A model generated the notes under the pieces. The model was not told the origin of the DNA and searched no databases. It was given only the letters and a program-made list of their open reading frames with translations. Below, piece by piece: positions 52,595 to 64,000 of a stretch of 64,000 nt of DNA (positions are counted from its first letter, which is position 1; each line of letters begins with the position of its first letter). Both the position numbers and the translations under genes were made by a program. Source of the stretch: Thiorhodococcus sp. (lineage in GTDB: Bacteria; Pseudomonadota; Gammaproteobacteria; Chromatiales; Chromatiaceae); NCBI GenBank assembly GCA_029257385.1, contig JARIBS010000001.1, forward strand, positions 8,748 through 72,747. The letters are read 5' to 3'.

Positions 52595-53272
52595 TCAACA
52601 GAGGAAATCGGCGAGCGGCAGTCCTCGCCCGTCATCGCGATAGGCCGCTTGGGCGAGAAACAGCTCGGCCGCCGTCAAGGCGTCGCTCAGGGCATTGTGG
52701 GCCCCGTAACGGGGGAGATTGTAACGGCTACCGAGTGCATAGAGGCGTAAATCAGACGGCTGGAACGGAATCTGGCGGCGCTCAAAGGTACGGTACGCCA
52801 GTACCTGGGTGTCGATGATGCGCATCAGCAGTCCGCGCCCCCAGCAGCTTTTGCAGGCGTTGGACAGGAAGCCCTGCTCGACACTGGCATGATGGGCGAT
52901 CATCACTTTGCCCGCAAGCGCTCCCAGCAGTTCTTCGAGCACATCGACCAGCTCACTGCCGAGTGCCGATTGGTCATCGGTGATCTGATGGATGACGGCA
53001 CTGGCTTCCGGAATCGAGCGATCGACGCGTACCAGACGATGGCGCGCGCTCGAGAGATCGATTGTCGTTCCGCGCACAGTGACATAGCCGACACTGAGAA
53101 TCTGATCCCGGCGGTTATCGAGTCCGGTCGTTTCCAAATCGATGGCCAGGTATTCTTGTTCGCGATAGTCTGTCGCGCCACGCGCAAAAGGCTGCTCCAG
53201 ATAACGCCGCAACGGTCCAGGCGGCGTGCGGCGCAACTGCCAGCGACGCCGCCATTCAAGTAGCAATGACAT
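52595..53272 (-). CDS. DnaQ/DEDDh-like 3'-5' exonuclease
   Basis: 225 aa. ExoI LAIDLETTGL and ExoIII HNALSDALTAAELF. ExoII reads HHASVEQGFL, with Glu where Asp is usual. Confidence 0.8.
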   Translation of the reverse strand: MSLLLEWRRRWQLRRTPPGPLRRYLEQPFARGATDYREQEYLAIDLETTGLDNRRDQILSVGYVTVRGTTIDLSSARHRLVRVDRSIPEASAVIHQITDDQSALGSELVDVLEELLGALAGKVMIAHHASVEQGFLSNACKSCWGRGLLMRIIDTQVLAYRTFERRQIPFQPSDLRLYALGSRYNLPRYGAHNALSDALTAAELFLAQAAYRDDGRGLPLADFLC

Positions 53273-53315
53273 CTAGTCCGGAATCTGCCGCGCGCAGTTG
53301 AGAGAGCGTGCGGCG

Positions 53316-55181
53316 TTAAACAAAGCGCCCGGCCTGATAGCGCTGTCCGAGAGACTCTTGCATAGTGTTGATTAGTAGAAATGCCTCCTTGAGATGGCCC
53401 CGCTCGAGCGGCGAAAGTCCATCAGGTGCCAGGAAATTGTCGGCCTTCTCGCCATTGCGCAGTTGACGGGCCTGATGGCGCATGCGCAGGGTGCCGATAA
53501 ATTCGAAAGCATCGATCAGGTTGGCTGCGCCATCCTTGCTTAGAGTGCCACAGTCGGCGGCGGCCTGGAGTCGCTCAAGGGTGTTGGTCTCGGCGATGCC
53601 AGAGGTGAGCGCATAGACTCTGGCCAGGTCGATGATGGGGACCGTTCCGCGGTGTTTGATATCAAAGGTGTGTTTTTTATCGCCACCATGAATGAGGACG
53701 ATGTTGCGAAAAAACCCCAGGGGTGGACGGTTTTTCAGTGCGTTGGCCGCCATGTAGGCGATGAAAATCCGATTGGCGCGTGATTTTTCCAGAACGCGCT
53801 CTTGTAACTCAGAGAACAGATCGTCGGGGTCGTGCAGCGCGCGCAGATCGAAAAAGACGCTCGAGAGCATCAGCGCCATCGGCTCAGGTTTGAGAATCCA
53901 GTTCGTGAAATACTTGCTCCAGATCCTCAGCGGTTGCCGCCACTTGGGGTTCATGGCCATGACATCGCCCGGGCAATAGACGAATCCACACGCGTTGAGT
54001 CCGTCGTTGACGTACTTGGCGAGCGCCGCGAAGTAGGCATCGTCCTCGGGTTTGGCCTGATCGCAGAGCAGAAGCGCATTGTCTTGGTCTGAGTGGGAGG
54101 ATTGCTCACGGCGCGCTTGCGAGCCACCCACTATCCACGCATAGGGTGCCGGCGCACTGCCGAGATCCGCCTCTGCCAACTCAATCAGGCGTAGCGTAAT
54201 CGCATCGGTAATAGCGCTGATCGCCTGTCCGACATGGTTGGCCGTCGCGCCGCCCGTGATGAGATGAACCTGTAACTCCGGGATCTTCGTGCTGGTCAGT
54301 ACCAGCGCTTCGATGCTGTCCGCCCGATGGATGTCGCCGACCAGATAGACTGAATTGATGCTTTGAAAGCGTGTCAGATCAGTCGAGGAGATGAGTCCAG
54401 CGATACGACCGTTCTCGAGCACCGGTAAGTGGTGCACGTTGAGCTGCGTCATCGTAATGAGCGCCTGAAAGCCGAGCGTCTCCATCTCCACAGTCGTGAT
54501 ATTCTCAGTCATGATCTCGCGTACCGGCCGGTCCGTTGCCAGACCGACGGCGACGCAGCGCGTGCGCAGGTCACGATCGGTGATGATGCCGACCAGACGC
54601 GCTCCATCCATGATCGGCAGCGAGGACACATGGCGCTCGGCCATGATACAGGCCGCGTCTCGAATACTGGTGTCGGGTCCCGTCGTGATGGGGCTGCGTT
54701 TGATCATGTCCTTCACGCGCACCGTCATCAGGCTCGTTCCGGGGCTGTGCGTGTCGACTATGGCGTTGAGCGCTTTGCGCAGACGCTTGGAAATGGATTG
54801 ATCGAAATGCTCGGAGAAGTCGGCGTGCTGGGAGCGCAGTACCTCGAGATCTGCGCAAGGCAGGGCATAGACCAGCGTGTCCTCGGAGGTCTGGCCCTGA
54901 TAGTCCAGTTCGTGGGGCGCCTGACGGCAAAGCATCTCGCAGAGATCGCCCTCGGCAAGTTTGCCGACCAGTTCGCCCTGCTTGTCGCGTAGCTCGATTG
55001 CCCCTCGGCGCAGGATGTAGAGGCAGGGCTGTTCAGTCGGCGTGGGTGGGAAAGCAGAGCCACGCCGAAAATAACGCACCGACAGGCGCCCAGGCAGGCG
55101 CTCTAGAGCCTCTTGCGGAAGCTGATCGAAGGGCGGATGACTGGCCAGAAACTCCTGGATTTCGATCAGTTCTATATCCAT
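53316..55181 (-). CDS. cNMP-binding + tandem CBS + GlnD-like nucleotidyltransferase (DUF294) + DUF294_C protein
   Basis: 621 aa. N-terminal cNMP-like barrel, two CBS repeats (PITTGPD...SSLPIMDG; HHLPVLENG), and the NTase motif GGSQARREQSSHSDQDNALL. Confidence 0.8.
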   Translation of the reverse strand: MDIELIEIQEFLASHPPFDQLPQEALERLPGRLSVRYFRRGSAFPPTPTEQPCLYILRRGAIELRDKQGELVGKLAEGDLCEMLCRQAPHELDYQGQTSEDTLVYALPCADLEVLRSQHADFSEHFDQSISKRLRKALNAIVDTHSPGTSLMTVRVKDMIKRSPITTGPDTSIRDAACIMAERHVSSLPIMDGARLVGIITDRDLRTRCVAVGLATDRPVREIMTENITTVEMETLGFQALITMTQLNVHHLPVLENGRIAGLISSTDLTRFQSINSVYLVGDIHRADSIEALVLTSTKIPELQVHLITGGATANHVGQAISAITDAITLRLIELAEADLGSAPAPYAWIVGGSQARREQSSHSDQDNALLLCDQAKPEDDAYFAALAKYVNDGLNACGFVYCPGDVMAMNPKWRQPLRIWSKYFTNWILKPEPMALMLSSVFFDLRALHDPDDLFSELQERVLEKSRANRIFIAYMAANALKNRPPLGFFRNIVLIHGGDKKHTFDIKHRGTVPIIDLARVYALTSGIAETNTLERLQAAADCGTLSKDGAANLIDAFEFIGTLRMRHQARQLRNGEKADNFLAPDGLSPLERGHLKEAFLLINTMQESLGQRYQAGRFV

Positions 55182-55445
55182 CGCGACAGGCTCTTTTTTT
55201 AAAATAGTGGGAATATAGTACCGATTTTTCGCTGACGTCGGCGTGGAACGCCACCTCTATCAATCGCGCGGAGCGCTGCGGGTCTATGGCGTGCCATTGA
55301 AGCACGGAATGGTTCCTGTCGTTAAGAGCCGTAAGCGACCCATTCTAGTGATGAGCGCGACTATTCTCCAGCCTACTCACTCTAAACGTCTGTCGATGGG
55401 CCTGCTAAGGGGCTCGCGGGTCTCGGTGGGTCAGGATATCGTCAC

Positions 55446-55471
55446 GAAAAAGCCCCGCCGAAGCGGGGCTT
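55446..55471 (-). terminator. rho-independent terminator after the symporter gene
   Basis: Minus strand reads AAGCCCCGC-ttcg-GCGGGGCTT-TTTTCG (9-bp perfect stem), 30 nt after the stop at 55501. Confidence 0.75.
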
Positions 55472-55500
55472 GTTAAGCGATGCCTACTATCCGTCAAGCA

Positions 55501-57300
<1,800 letters not shown>

Positions 57301-57312
57301 TGTGGTGTTTCC

Positions 57313-57570
57313 TCAGTCTTCGTCGACGTCGAATTTTTTGTCGAGCCGGCCCATCATGGCCGCATAGATAAAGATCAGCACGACGAAGACATAGATCGAG
57401 CCCTGCTGGGCGAACCAGAATCCGAGCGGATAACCGCCGAGCTTGATGGCGTTCATGGGTTCCACGAGCAGAATGCCGAATCCGTAGGAAACGATAAACC
57501 AGATGATCAGCAAGATCGTCAGAAGGCGCAGATTCGCCTTCCAATAAGCCGAGCGCTTGTCAGGTGTCAT
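57313..57570 (-). CDS. small subunit of sodium:solute symporter (DUF4212 family)
   Basis: 85 aa. YWKANLRLLTILLIIWFIVSYGFGILLVEPMN...GFWFAQQGSIYVFVVLIFIYA matches the family pattern from memory. Confidence 0.8.
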   Translation of the reverse strand: MTPDKRSAYWKANLRLLTILLIIWFIVSYGFGILLVEPMNAIKLGGYPLGFWFAQQGSIYVFVVLIFIYAAMMGRLDKKFDVDED

Positions 57571-57969
57571 TTTAAGATGTCACTCCATTCGAAGTTTGCG
57601 TTGGTTGCAGAATGGCTTCGGGGTGACGGGGCGCGAGAAACCGCGACCCACTCGCAAGTGGGTTGGTATAGTCCAATATTGGCAGAAGCCCCCAGTCGTT
57701 TTTATGATTCATCCGCCTTGATCTGCCGGTTCAGCGGAGTGTCGGCATTGTCTGGTTGCGCTTGCCGTGCTGTCAACGTTTCCGGCCAGACCGCCTGGTG
57801 GAGAATATGCTCAAACACACCCTCGAGAACAGCAAAAGTGTTTTCAAGTCAGGGACGGTTTCACGCAATGTTATGGTTGCCAATCGCGGCGCGGTTTTTT
57901 TAGCCTGAGTGGGCGGTAGCGACCGCTGACTCCTTTATTTTAGTCGAACACTACAATATTGTGAATACA

Positions 57970-59367
57970 ATGCATTATCTCAGTACCCGTGGCGGTATCG
58001 AGCCAGTTGGATTTGCCCAGGCGGTCATGATGGGTCTGGCAACCGATGGTGGTCTGCTCGTGCCCGCGCGCATTCCCCAGATCGAGCGCGCCACGCTCGC
58101 GCACTGGTCCAGGCTCGACTTTCAAAGCCTTGCGTTTGAAGTGTTGGCGCTGTTCGTCGGTGATGAAATTCCACACGACGATCTGCGCGATCTCATCGCC
58201 CGCTCCTATGGCGGCTTTACCCACCCCGAAGTCACGCCGGTGGTCGACCTGGATGGGCTCAAAATTCTTGAGCTGTTCCATGGTCCGACCGCAGCCTTCA
58301 AGGATGTCGCCCTGCAATTGCTGGGTAATCTATTCGAGTATTTCCTGGCTCGGGACGGCGGTCAGCTCAACATCATCGGCGCGACCTCGGGTGACACCGG
58401 ATCGGCCGCGATCTATGGCGTACGCGGGAAAGCGCGTATTGAGATCTTCATCCTGCATCCCAAGGGGCGCGTCTCGCCGATTCAGGAGCGCCAGATGACC
58501 ACGGTGGCGGACGCCAATGTCCACAATATCGCTGTGCGCGGCACGTTTGACGACGCTCAAGGCATCGTCAAGGCGTTGTTTAACGACCTTGCGTTCAAGT
58601 CCACCTACCGGCTCGGTGCGGTCAACTCAATCAATTGGGCGCGTATCCTCGCCCAGACCGTCTATTATTTTTACGCGTGGGGCCGGGTCAGTGGCGGCGA
58701 CCCTGATCGACGTCTCAGGTTTTCGGTGCCGAGCGGCAACTTCGGCGATGCCTTCGCAGGCTACCTTGCCAAGCGTATGGGGTTGCCGGTTGAACGCCTG
58801 ATCATTGCGACCAACCGCAACGATATCCTCGCCCGGTTCATCGAGACCGGCGTCTATCGCGTGAGTACACAAGTCTGCCAGACGCTGAGCCCGGCCATGG
58901 ACATTCAGATCGCGTCTAATTTCGAGCGCTATCTCTACTATCTCTACAATGGCGACACACTGCGCGTTCGCACCCTGCTCGAAGAATTGCAGCACACCGG
59001 GCAGCTTGCGGTCGATCCCGACCGTCATGCCCAGGCGCGCGCGGACTTCGACGCCGTGGCGGTGAGCGATCAGCAGACGCTCGAGCAGATGCGTGCGACT
59101 TTCGAGTCAAGCGGTTACATCCTCTGTCCTCATACCGCTGTCGGCGTCCACGCCGCGCGCGGCATGCCAGACACCGTCTGTCTGGCCACCGCCCACCCGG
59201 CCAAGTTCAACGAGGCCGTGCATGAGGCGATCGGCCGCGAGGCACCCCAGCCGCCGTCACTGCGCGGACTGATGGACAAGCAGGCGCGCTGCGTCGAACT
59301 CGATGCCAGTGTCGAGGCCATCAAAGGGCATCTGCAAGCGACGCTTGCAACGAGAGCGTCGACATGA
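57970..59367 (+). CDS. thrC: threonine synthase
   Basis: ATG 57970 gives MHYLSTRGG, the classic ThrC N-terminus. PLP lysine region GPTAAFKDVALQ. Confidence 0.9.
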   Translation: MHYLSTRGGIEPVGFAQAVMMGLATDGGLLVPARIPQIERATLAHWSRLDFQSLAFEVLALFVGDEIPHDDLRDLIARSYGGFTHPEVTPVVDLDGLKILELFHGPTAAFKDVALQLLGNLFEYFLARDGGQLNIIGATSGDTGSAAIYGVRGKARIEIFILHPKGRVSPIQERQMTTVADANVHNIAVRGTFDDAQGIVKALFNDLAFKSTYRLGAVNSINWARILAQTVYYFYAWGRVSGGDPDRRLRFSVPSGNFGDAFAGYLAKRMGLPVERLIIATNRNDILARFIETGVYRVSTQVCQTLSPAMDIQIASNFERYLYYLYNGDTLRVRTLLEELQHTGQLAVDPDRHAQARADFDAVAVSDQQTLEQMRATFESSGYILCPHTAVGVHAARGMPDTVCLATAHPAKFNEAVHEAIGREAPQPPSLRGLMDKQARCVELDASVEAIKGHLQATLATRAST

Positions 59368-60998
59368 GCGCCAACCGCCGCTATATGCAAATCATGGACA
59401 CCACGCTGCGCGATGGCGAGCAGACCCAGGGCGTATCATTTTCCGCCGATGAGAAAGTCAGTGTCGCCAAGGTGCTACTTGAGCAGGTGCGGGTCGATCG
59501 CATCGAGATTGCCTCGGCGCGCGTCTCCTCTGGAGAGGCTGCAGCCGTGGCCCAAATCGTTGCCTGGGCCGCACAGCGCGATCTCGCCGAGCGGGTCGAG
59601 ATTCTGGGTTTCATCGACGGTGGTCAGAGTGTGGACTGGATCGCCGCCGCCGGGGGGCGGGTGATCAATCTCTTGGCAAAGGGCAGCGAAAATCACTGTC
59701 GCAGACAGCTCAAAAAAACCCTGGAGCAGCACGCCGCCGATGTCCGCGAGAGCGTCGCCCATGCCCAAGCGCGCGGGTTGTCCGTCAATCTTTATCTAGA
59801 GGACTGGTCCAACGGCTACCGTGACGATCCAGGCTATGTGTTCGCACTTGTCGAGCGGCTTGCCGATAGCGGCATCGGTCACTTCATGCTCCCGGATACC
59901 CTGGGCGTGATGACCCCGGAGCAGGTGTTCGCCGGGGTCTCCGACATGGTCCGGCGCTTTCCCTCGCTGTGGTTCGATTTCCATCCGCATAACGATTACG
60001 GCTTAGCGACCGCCAACGTGCTTGCGGCAGCTCGGGCGGGCGTCGCCGCCGTGCACTGCACCGTCAACTGTCTGGGCGAGCGCGCCGGAAACGCCTCGCT
60101 GGCAGAGGTCGCTGTCAATCTGCGCGATCAACTCGGCTTGGAGATCGGCATCGACGAGCGCCATCTGGTGCGCGCGAGCGATCTGGTCGAGTATTTCTCG
60201 GGCAAGCGCATTGCCGATAATGCCCCGATCGTTGGCGAAGACGTTTTCACTCAAACCGCCGGTATCCATGCCGACGGCGACAAGAAAGGCAGCCTCTATC
60301 ACAGCCGTCTCTCGCCTGAGCGCTTCGCCCGGCGGCGCACCTACGCCCTCGGCAAGCTCGCCGGCAAAGCCTCGCTCGCCAAGAACCTTGAGCGCCTGGA
60401 GATTGATCTGTCGGAGGACAATCAGCGCAAGGTGCTCAAACGCATCATCGAGCTTGGCGACTCCAAAAAAACCATCACCACCGAAGATCTGCCCTTCATC
60501 ATTGCCGAGGTGCTGGAGAGCAAAGACTACGATCACGCCGAGCTGTTGGCGTGCGGGCTTTCTTCGAGCCTGGATCTCGGCTCCATGGCAAACATCAGAG
60601 TCCGGCTTGGCGATCACGCCTATACCGCCGTCGGCACCGGTAACGGCGGCTATGATGCCTTTACCAGCGCACTCTCGAAGATTCTCAAGAAGCAGGGGCT
60701 GGCGCTGCCCCAGCTCATCGATTATGAGGTGCGTATCCCCAGGGGTGGGCGCACCGACGCGCTGACCGATTGCAGCATCATGTGGCAGACCGAGGAGGGC
60801 GAATTGCGCACCCGTGGTGTCCACGCCAATCAAGTCTTTGCCGCGATCGGCGCCACGATGCGCATGCTCAACATCCTCATGCATCGCGCCCTGGGCGAAC
60901 GCAAGAGCGCCGAAGGGCCGTTGCTTGAAGAGCCCGACCGGATTGCAGACAGTCGAGAGCCGCTGAGCAGTCCAACGGCAGGGATTGCGTCCGTCTAA
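59364..60998 (+). CDS. cimA: (R)-citramalate synthase (LeuA-family, Leptospira/Geobacter CimA type)
   Basis: IMDTTLRDGEQTQGVSFSADEKVSVAKVLLEQVRVDRIEIASARVSSGE, YLEDWSNGYRDDP, FTQTAGIHADGDKKG and LGKLAGKAS closely follow the CimA sequence as I remember it. ATGA overlap with thrC. Confidence 0.8.
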   Translation: MSANRRYMQIMDTTLRDGEQTQGVSFSADEKVSVAKVLLEQVRVDRIEIASARVSSGEAAAVAQIVAWAAQRDLAERVEILGFIDGGQSVDWIAAAGGRVINLLAKGSENHCRRQLKKTLEQHAADVRESVAHAQARGLSVNLYLEDWSNGYRDDPGYVFALVERLADSGIGHFMLPDTLGVMTPEQVFAGVSDMVRRFPSLWFDFHPHNDYGLATANVLAAARAGVAAVHCTVNCLGERAGNASLAEVAVNLRDQLGLEIGIDERHLVRASDLVEYFSGKRIADNAPIVGEDVFTQTAGIHADGDKKGSLYHSRLSPERFARRRTYALGKLAGKASLAKNLERLEIDLSEDNQRKVLKRIIELGDSKKTITTEDLPFIIAEVLESKDYDHAELLACGLSSSLDLGSMANIRVRLGDHAYTAVGTGNGGYDAFTSALSKILKKQGLALPQLIDYEVRIPRGGRTDALTDCSIMWQTEEGELRTRGVHANQVFAAIGATMRMLNILMHRALGERKSAEGPLLEEPDRIADSREPLSSPTAGIASV

Positions 60999-61021
60999 GT
61001 ATCGCAACCCAGATGAGTCCG

Positions 61022-63772
61022 TCAGGGCGGTGATGGTTGATCCACCGCGTGCGACCCAGCGGATCGTGCACCGCCGGTCGTGGCCCGCGCTGGACCGTTG
61101 CGGGGCGGCAGCGGCGACCACCAGCCGATTCCGACCAGCAAGCCGCCAACGGCCAGGAAGGAGACAATGCGCGCGACGGTCCCGCTTGCGGCCAGATCCA
61201 CCGTGAACAGCTTGATCACCACGGCTGCCAGCACCACCGCTCCAGCGATCCACAGCGCCCGCGAGCGACGCGCCCGAGCGATCAGCAGCAGTGCGACCCC
61301 AACCAGCGCCCAGAGCACGGCAAGCGAGGTTTGCGCCAGATCCGAACGCAATAACGCATCCCACGTGTAAGGGATCAGCCAGATATGGTGCAGGCTGCGC
61401 AGCAGTGTCAAATTGATCCAGAGAAACGCCAGAGCGCCAAACAGGGTCAGGAAGGCATGGCCTTCGTTGTGGGTCGGATGGATCAGCTCCCGTCGATTGA
61501 GATCCGTCCACCAGCGCCAGAGCGCGAGCAGCACCAGCGCGAGCATCGCATCGAGCGGGTTGAGCACCGGTAGCCAGGGCAGTGGCGCCGCGCCGCCCGG
61601 AGAGTCGACCGACCACAGCGTCCAGAGCACCAGGGCGAAGACCAGGACGGCGCCGACAGCGGCCTCATAAGCGAACCGCCAGGCCGTCAGCGGCCAGACG
61701 TTCAACGTCGTCAACGACAGCAGTCCAATCAGCGGCATCAGCGCCACGGCGGCGATCCGCCAGCCCTCGGCCAGAGCGACCTGTTCGAACACCTGCCAGA
61801 GCAACTCCCATTCAATGACCGCCACCAGCAATAGGGCGATGGCGGCGTGGCTCCAAGCCAGATAGGGGCGTCTCTCGCGCCACTCGAGTCGCAGCAACAC
61901 GAGATAGCTGATAACGAAATACAGCGGCCAGGCCAAGACGCCGCCAGCGAGCGCGGGATGTGTCACGCGCTCCACGCTGAGCACGAGCGCGGCCAGACCC
62001 AGCGCCGGCAGGGCGGCCTGTGCACGATGCAGCCGCGACCAGTGCACGAGGCTTGCGAGCGCTTCGCTCAGCGCCAGGGTGAGGATGGCGTACCAGAGGA
62101 CACCGGCGGGGAGACCGGTCCCCGGCTCCTCGCGCAGCAGCTCGACCGCGCCGCCGCCGAGCCACCAGGTCAGCCCCCAGATCAGCAGCCAGGGCGCGCC
62201 GCCGCTCTCCCAGCCACGTCGATCGCTCTGCGTGCGATCCAGCCAGTACGCACTGGCGACGCCGGCAATGGCGATCATTGCTGCACCGAGATAGACACTG
62301 TTGAAAAAGGGCTGTGTGAGCGGGTAGGGCAGGCCCGCGATCAGCGCGAGCGACGCCCCGACTTGCAGGATCAGACCAAATGCCCGGGTCGACCCCCGGC
62401 GCTGGCGACTGCCGACCCACACCAGCCCGGCACCTTCCAACGCCCAGACGCCAGCGGTCGTATCGGCGGCAAAAGCAAAGGGGATGGCGACCGAGAGAAA
62501 AATGATTCCGAGCGCCAGAAATGCCTGCGATAGCAGTCCTAGCCCGACCCCAGCGAGTCGCGGCAGCCACCAGGCCAGGATCAGATAAAAGCCCCCGAGC
62601 GTCGCCGCGGACCAGGCGATGCCGTAGGGGATGTGGCGCACCAGCTCGACCTGACAGGTGAAGGCGAGGATCGGGGTGCCGAATAGAAGCGTGGAATCGA
62701 TATAACCGCGCAGCCGTGGCGGCTGGCGGCGGGCATAGAGCACCGAAATAGTGACGTAGAAGAGGAAAAAGAGCACCAGGAAGGGTTCGGTGCTGGCGAA
62801 GTGCTCGGGTTCATAGCGCAGAATGCCCCAGAGTACGGCGATCCCGAAGGTAAAACCGAATCCAAGCAGATTGAGCGCCCGCCAGCTCTTGAACCAGGCC
62901 ACGGCCAGGAGCGCGGCGTTGAGTATGGCGTAATAGCTAAACAGCGCGACATGATCATCGTGGCCCGATACGATGACGATGGGCGCTAGAAAGCCGCCGG
63001 CAAATCCAAACCATGCCAGAGACGGCGCATTTTGAGCGATCGCCAGTGCGGCAGCCGAGAGACCGATCAGGACCAGCAGGGCGAATGCCGGCGTGGCCGA
63101 CAGCAGATCCGCGAGTTGGTAAGCACCATAGACATCCAGATAGAGGATGCCGATCGCCGCCCCCTGTAAAAGCAAGCCATAATCCCGACGGCGCGCGCCC
63201 AGCCACCAGCCCAGGGCAAGGAGCGCGATAGCGGCGATGGCCACAGCCAGCAGCCTCAGCTCGAGGGTAAAGACCAGCCACTGCTGATCCACGGCGTAGT
63301 TGATCAGGAAGCCAACCCCAAGGAACACCAGCACAATACCCACTCTGACGAACAGATTGCCCGCCATGAGCCAGTCGCGGAGGCGATCGAGCCAATCCTC
63401 AACGGGAGTGACAGGGTACGGGAAGGCGTCATCGTGCGCGGAAACCGTGGCGGTCTCGCTCAGGGCAGGGGCAGGCGAGCCGCCAGGCGGTTCGCTCGCG
63501 GGTGCCTGGGTCCAGTCCAGATCCAGTGACAGCGGTCGCGTATCGGCAGTGTCGGCAGGCGCTGTCTGCGAATCCGGCGTATGAGCCGCTTTGCGCCCTT
63601 GATCGGCAAGCGTGCGGCGCAGCTCGCGTAACGCGATATCGAGCGCGACGACGCGCCCCAGCAGCAGTCCGAGCACACCAAACAGCAGCGGATCTCCGCG
63701 CCAGAGACCGAAAGCGAGTCCCGCCAGTGTTGTGATGAGGGTGGTCAGCAAAGCTCTCCGCGATTTCGCCAA
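61022..63772 (-). CDS. very large polytopic membrane protein (DUF2339-like)
   Basis: 916-codon frame with about 25 or more hydrophobic segments after an N-terminal coiled/low-complexity region. There is no in-frame ATG near the 5' end, so the true start is probably TTG 63751 or a nearby GTG. Confidence 0.7.
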   Translation of the reverse strand: MAKSRRALLTTLITTLAGLAFGLWRGDPLLFGVLGLLLGRVVALDIALRELRRTLADQGRKAAHTPDSQTAPADTADTRPLSLDLDWTQAPASEPPGGSPAPALSETATVSAHDDAFPYPVTPVEDWLDRLRDWLMAGNLFVRVGIVLVFLGVGFLINYAVDQQWLVFTLELRLLAVAIAAIALLALGWWLGARRRDYGLLLQGAAIGILYLDVYGAYQLADLLSATPAFALLVLIGLSAAALAIAQNAPSLAWFGFAGGFLAPIVIVSGHDDHVALFSYYAILNAALLAVAWFKSWRALNLLGFGFTFGIAVLWGILRYEPEHFASTEPFLVLFFLFYVTISVLYARRQPPRLRGYIDSTLLFGTPILAFTCQVELVRHIPYGIAWSAATLGGFYLILAWWLPRLAGVGLGLLSQAFLALGIIFLSVAIPFAFAADTTAGVWALEGAGLVWVGSRQRRGSTRAFGLILQVGASLALIAGLPYPLTQPFFNSVYLGAAMIAIAGVASAYWLDRTQSDRRGWESGGAPWLLIWGLTWWLGGGAVELLREEPGTGLPAGVLWYAILTLALSEALASLVHWSRLHRAQAALPALGLAALVLSVERVTHPALAGGVLAWPLYFVISYLVLLRLEWRERRPYLAWSHAAIALLLVAVIEWELLWQVFEQVALAEGWRIAAVALMPLIGLLSLTTLNVWPLTAWRFAYEAAVGAVLVFALVLWTLWSVDSPGGAAPLPWLPVLNPLDAMLALVLLALWRWWTDLNRRELIHPTHNEGHAFLTLFGALAFLWINLTLLRSLHHIWLIPYTWDALLRSDLAQTSLAVLWALVGVALLLIARARRSRALWIAGAVVLAAVVIKLFTVDLAASGTVARIVSFLAVGGLLVGIGWWSPLPPRNGPARATTGGARSAGSHAVDQPSPP

Positions 63773-63880
63773 TGTGACGGCACTCAGATGCTAGCATAGG
63801 GCGCTCGCCGCAACTGTTCGGGTCGCCCCGATCATCACTCGTTACTCGCTGCGCATCATCGGATACAGGAATCTTGCATT

Positions 63881-64000
63881 ATGAATCCAGAGAAAGTCGT
63901 CTTTGGCTTCTTCATCGTCCTTGCCCTGACCCTGAACTTCGGCTTCTTCGTCGGCGACATCGACAATCCCAGCCACCACCACTCCTGGGAATTGTTCGCG
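63881..64000 (+). CDS. small membrane protein, N-terminal 40 codons only (runs off window)
   Basis: ATG 63881 gives MNPEKVVFGFFIVLALTLNFGFFVGDIDNPSHHHSWELFA. One TM. Not in the ORF track because there is no stop. Confidence 0.5.
   Translation, partial: MNPEKVVFGFFIVLALTLNFGFFVGDIDNPSHHHSWELFA

Noticed and set aside
60003-61616. 537-aa minus-strand ORF antisense to cimA
   Set aside because: cimA on the plus strand is recognisable along its whole length. The antisense product is low-complexity with no motifs, a GC-rich shadow ORF. The same reasoning applies to 24319-25662(+), 27009-27773(+), 51398-52465(+), 42008-42781(+), 61812-62570(-) and many shorter track entries.

Overview
GC-rich proteobacterial chromosome segment. 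Its gene content points to an anoxygenic phototroph of the purple-sulfur, Chromatiaceae-like gammaproteobacterial type; this is inference, since no search was possible. Layout: (1) 1-20.1 kb is a photosynthesis gene cluster (PGC). bchP-bchG-ppsR lie on the minus strand; divergent on the plus strand are bchF-N-B-H-L-M, puhA-B-C-E, a hemN-like radical-SAM oxidase, bchJ and a MenE-like acyl-CoA ligase. Most junctions have overlapping stop/start codons. (2) 20.1-23.4 kb is a decayed accessory patch: a PsiE-like membrane protein, a truncated chrA, a Phd/VapC pair whose toxin has lost the first catalytic Asp, and a frameshifted methyltransferase fragment. (3) 23.4-35.8 kb is one 12-kb minus-strand run: ompR with an envZ relic, bcp, a hybrid kinase with a dead receiver, a REC-PAS regulator, a two-Cys ArsR (YgaV/BigR/SqrR-like), speE, then iorA-iorB-paaK-ACT-paaK-secreted protein. 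(4) 35.8-41.1 kb holds small regulators, an unannotated 51-codon membrane ORF with a perfect terminator, and tatC with a ~138-aa C-terminal tail ending in a FimV-C-terminal-like motif. (5) 41.3-43.5 kb is a compacted hisB-hisA-hisI-hisE set without hisH/hisF, followed by tatC without tatA/tatB. (6) 43.5-44.7 kb has a second PIN toxin-antitoxin pair and a transposase C-terminal relic. (7) 44.7-49.2 kb is coaE-pilD-pilC-pilB. (8) 49.3-57.6 kb has a NYN/cold-shock fusion protein, acs, a DnaQ-like exonuclease, a cNMP/CBS/DUF294 nucleotidyltransferase and a two-subunit Na+/solute symporter. (9) 58-64 kb has thrC-cimA, a 916-codon DUF2339-type membrane protein and a partial small membrane ORF. No rRNA, tRNA, CRISPR array or intact mobile element was seen. 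All family assignments come from motif recognition by eye and from memory of family consensus sequences; none was verified by a search.
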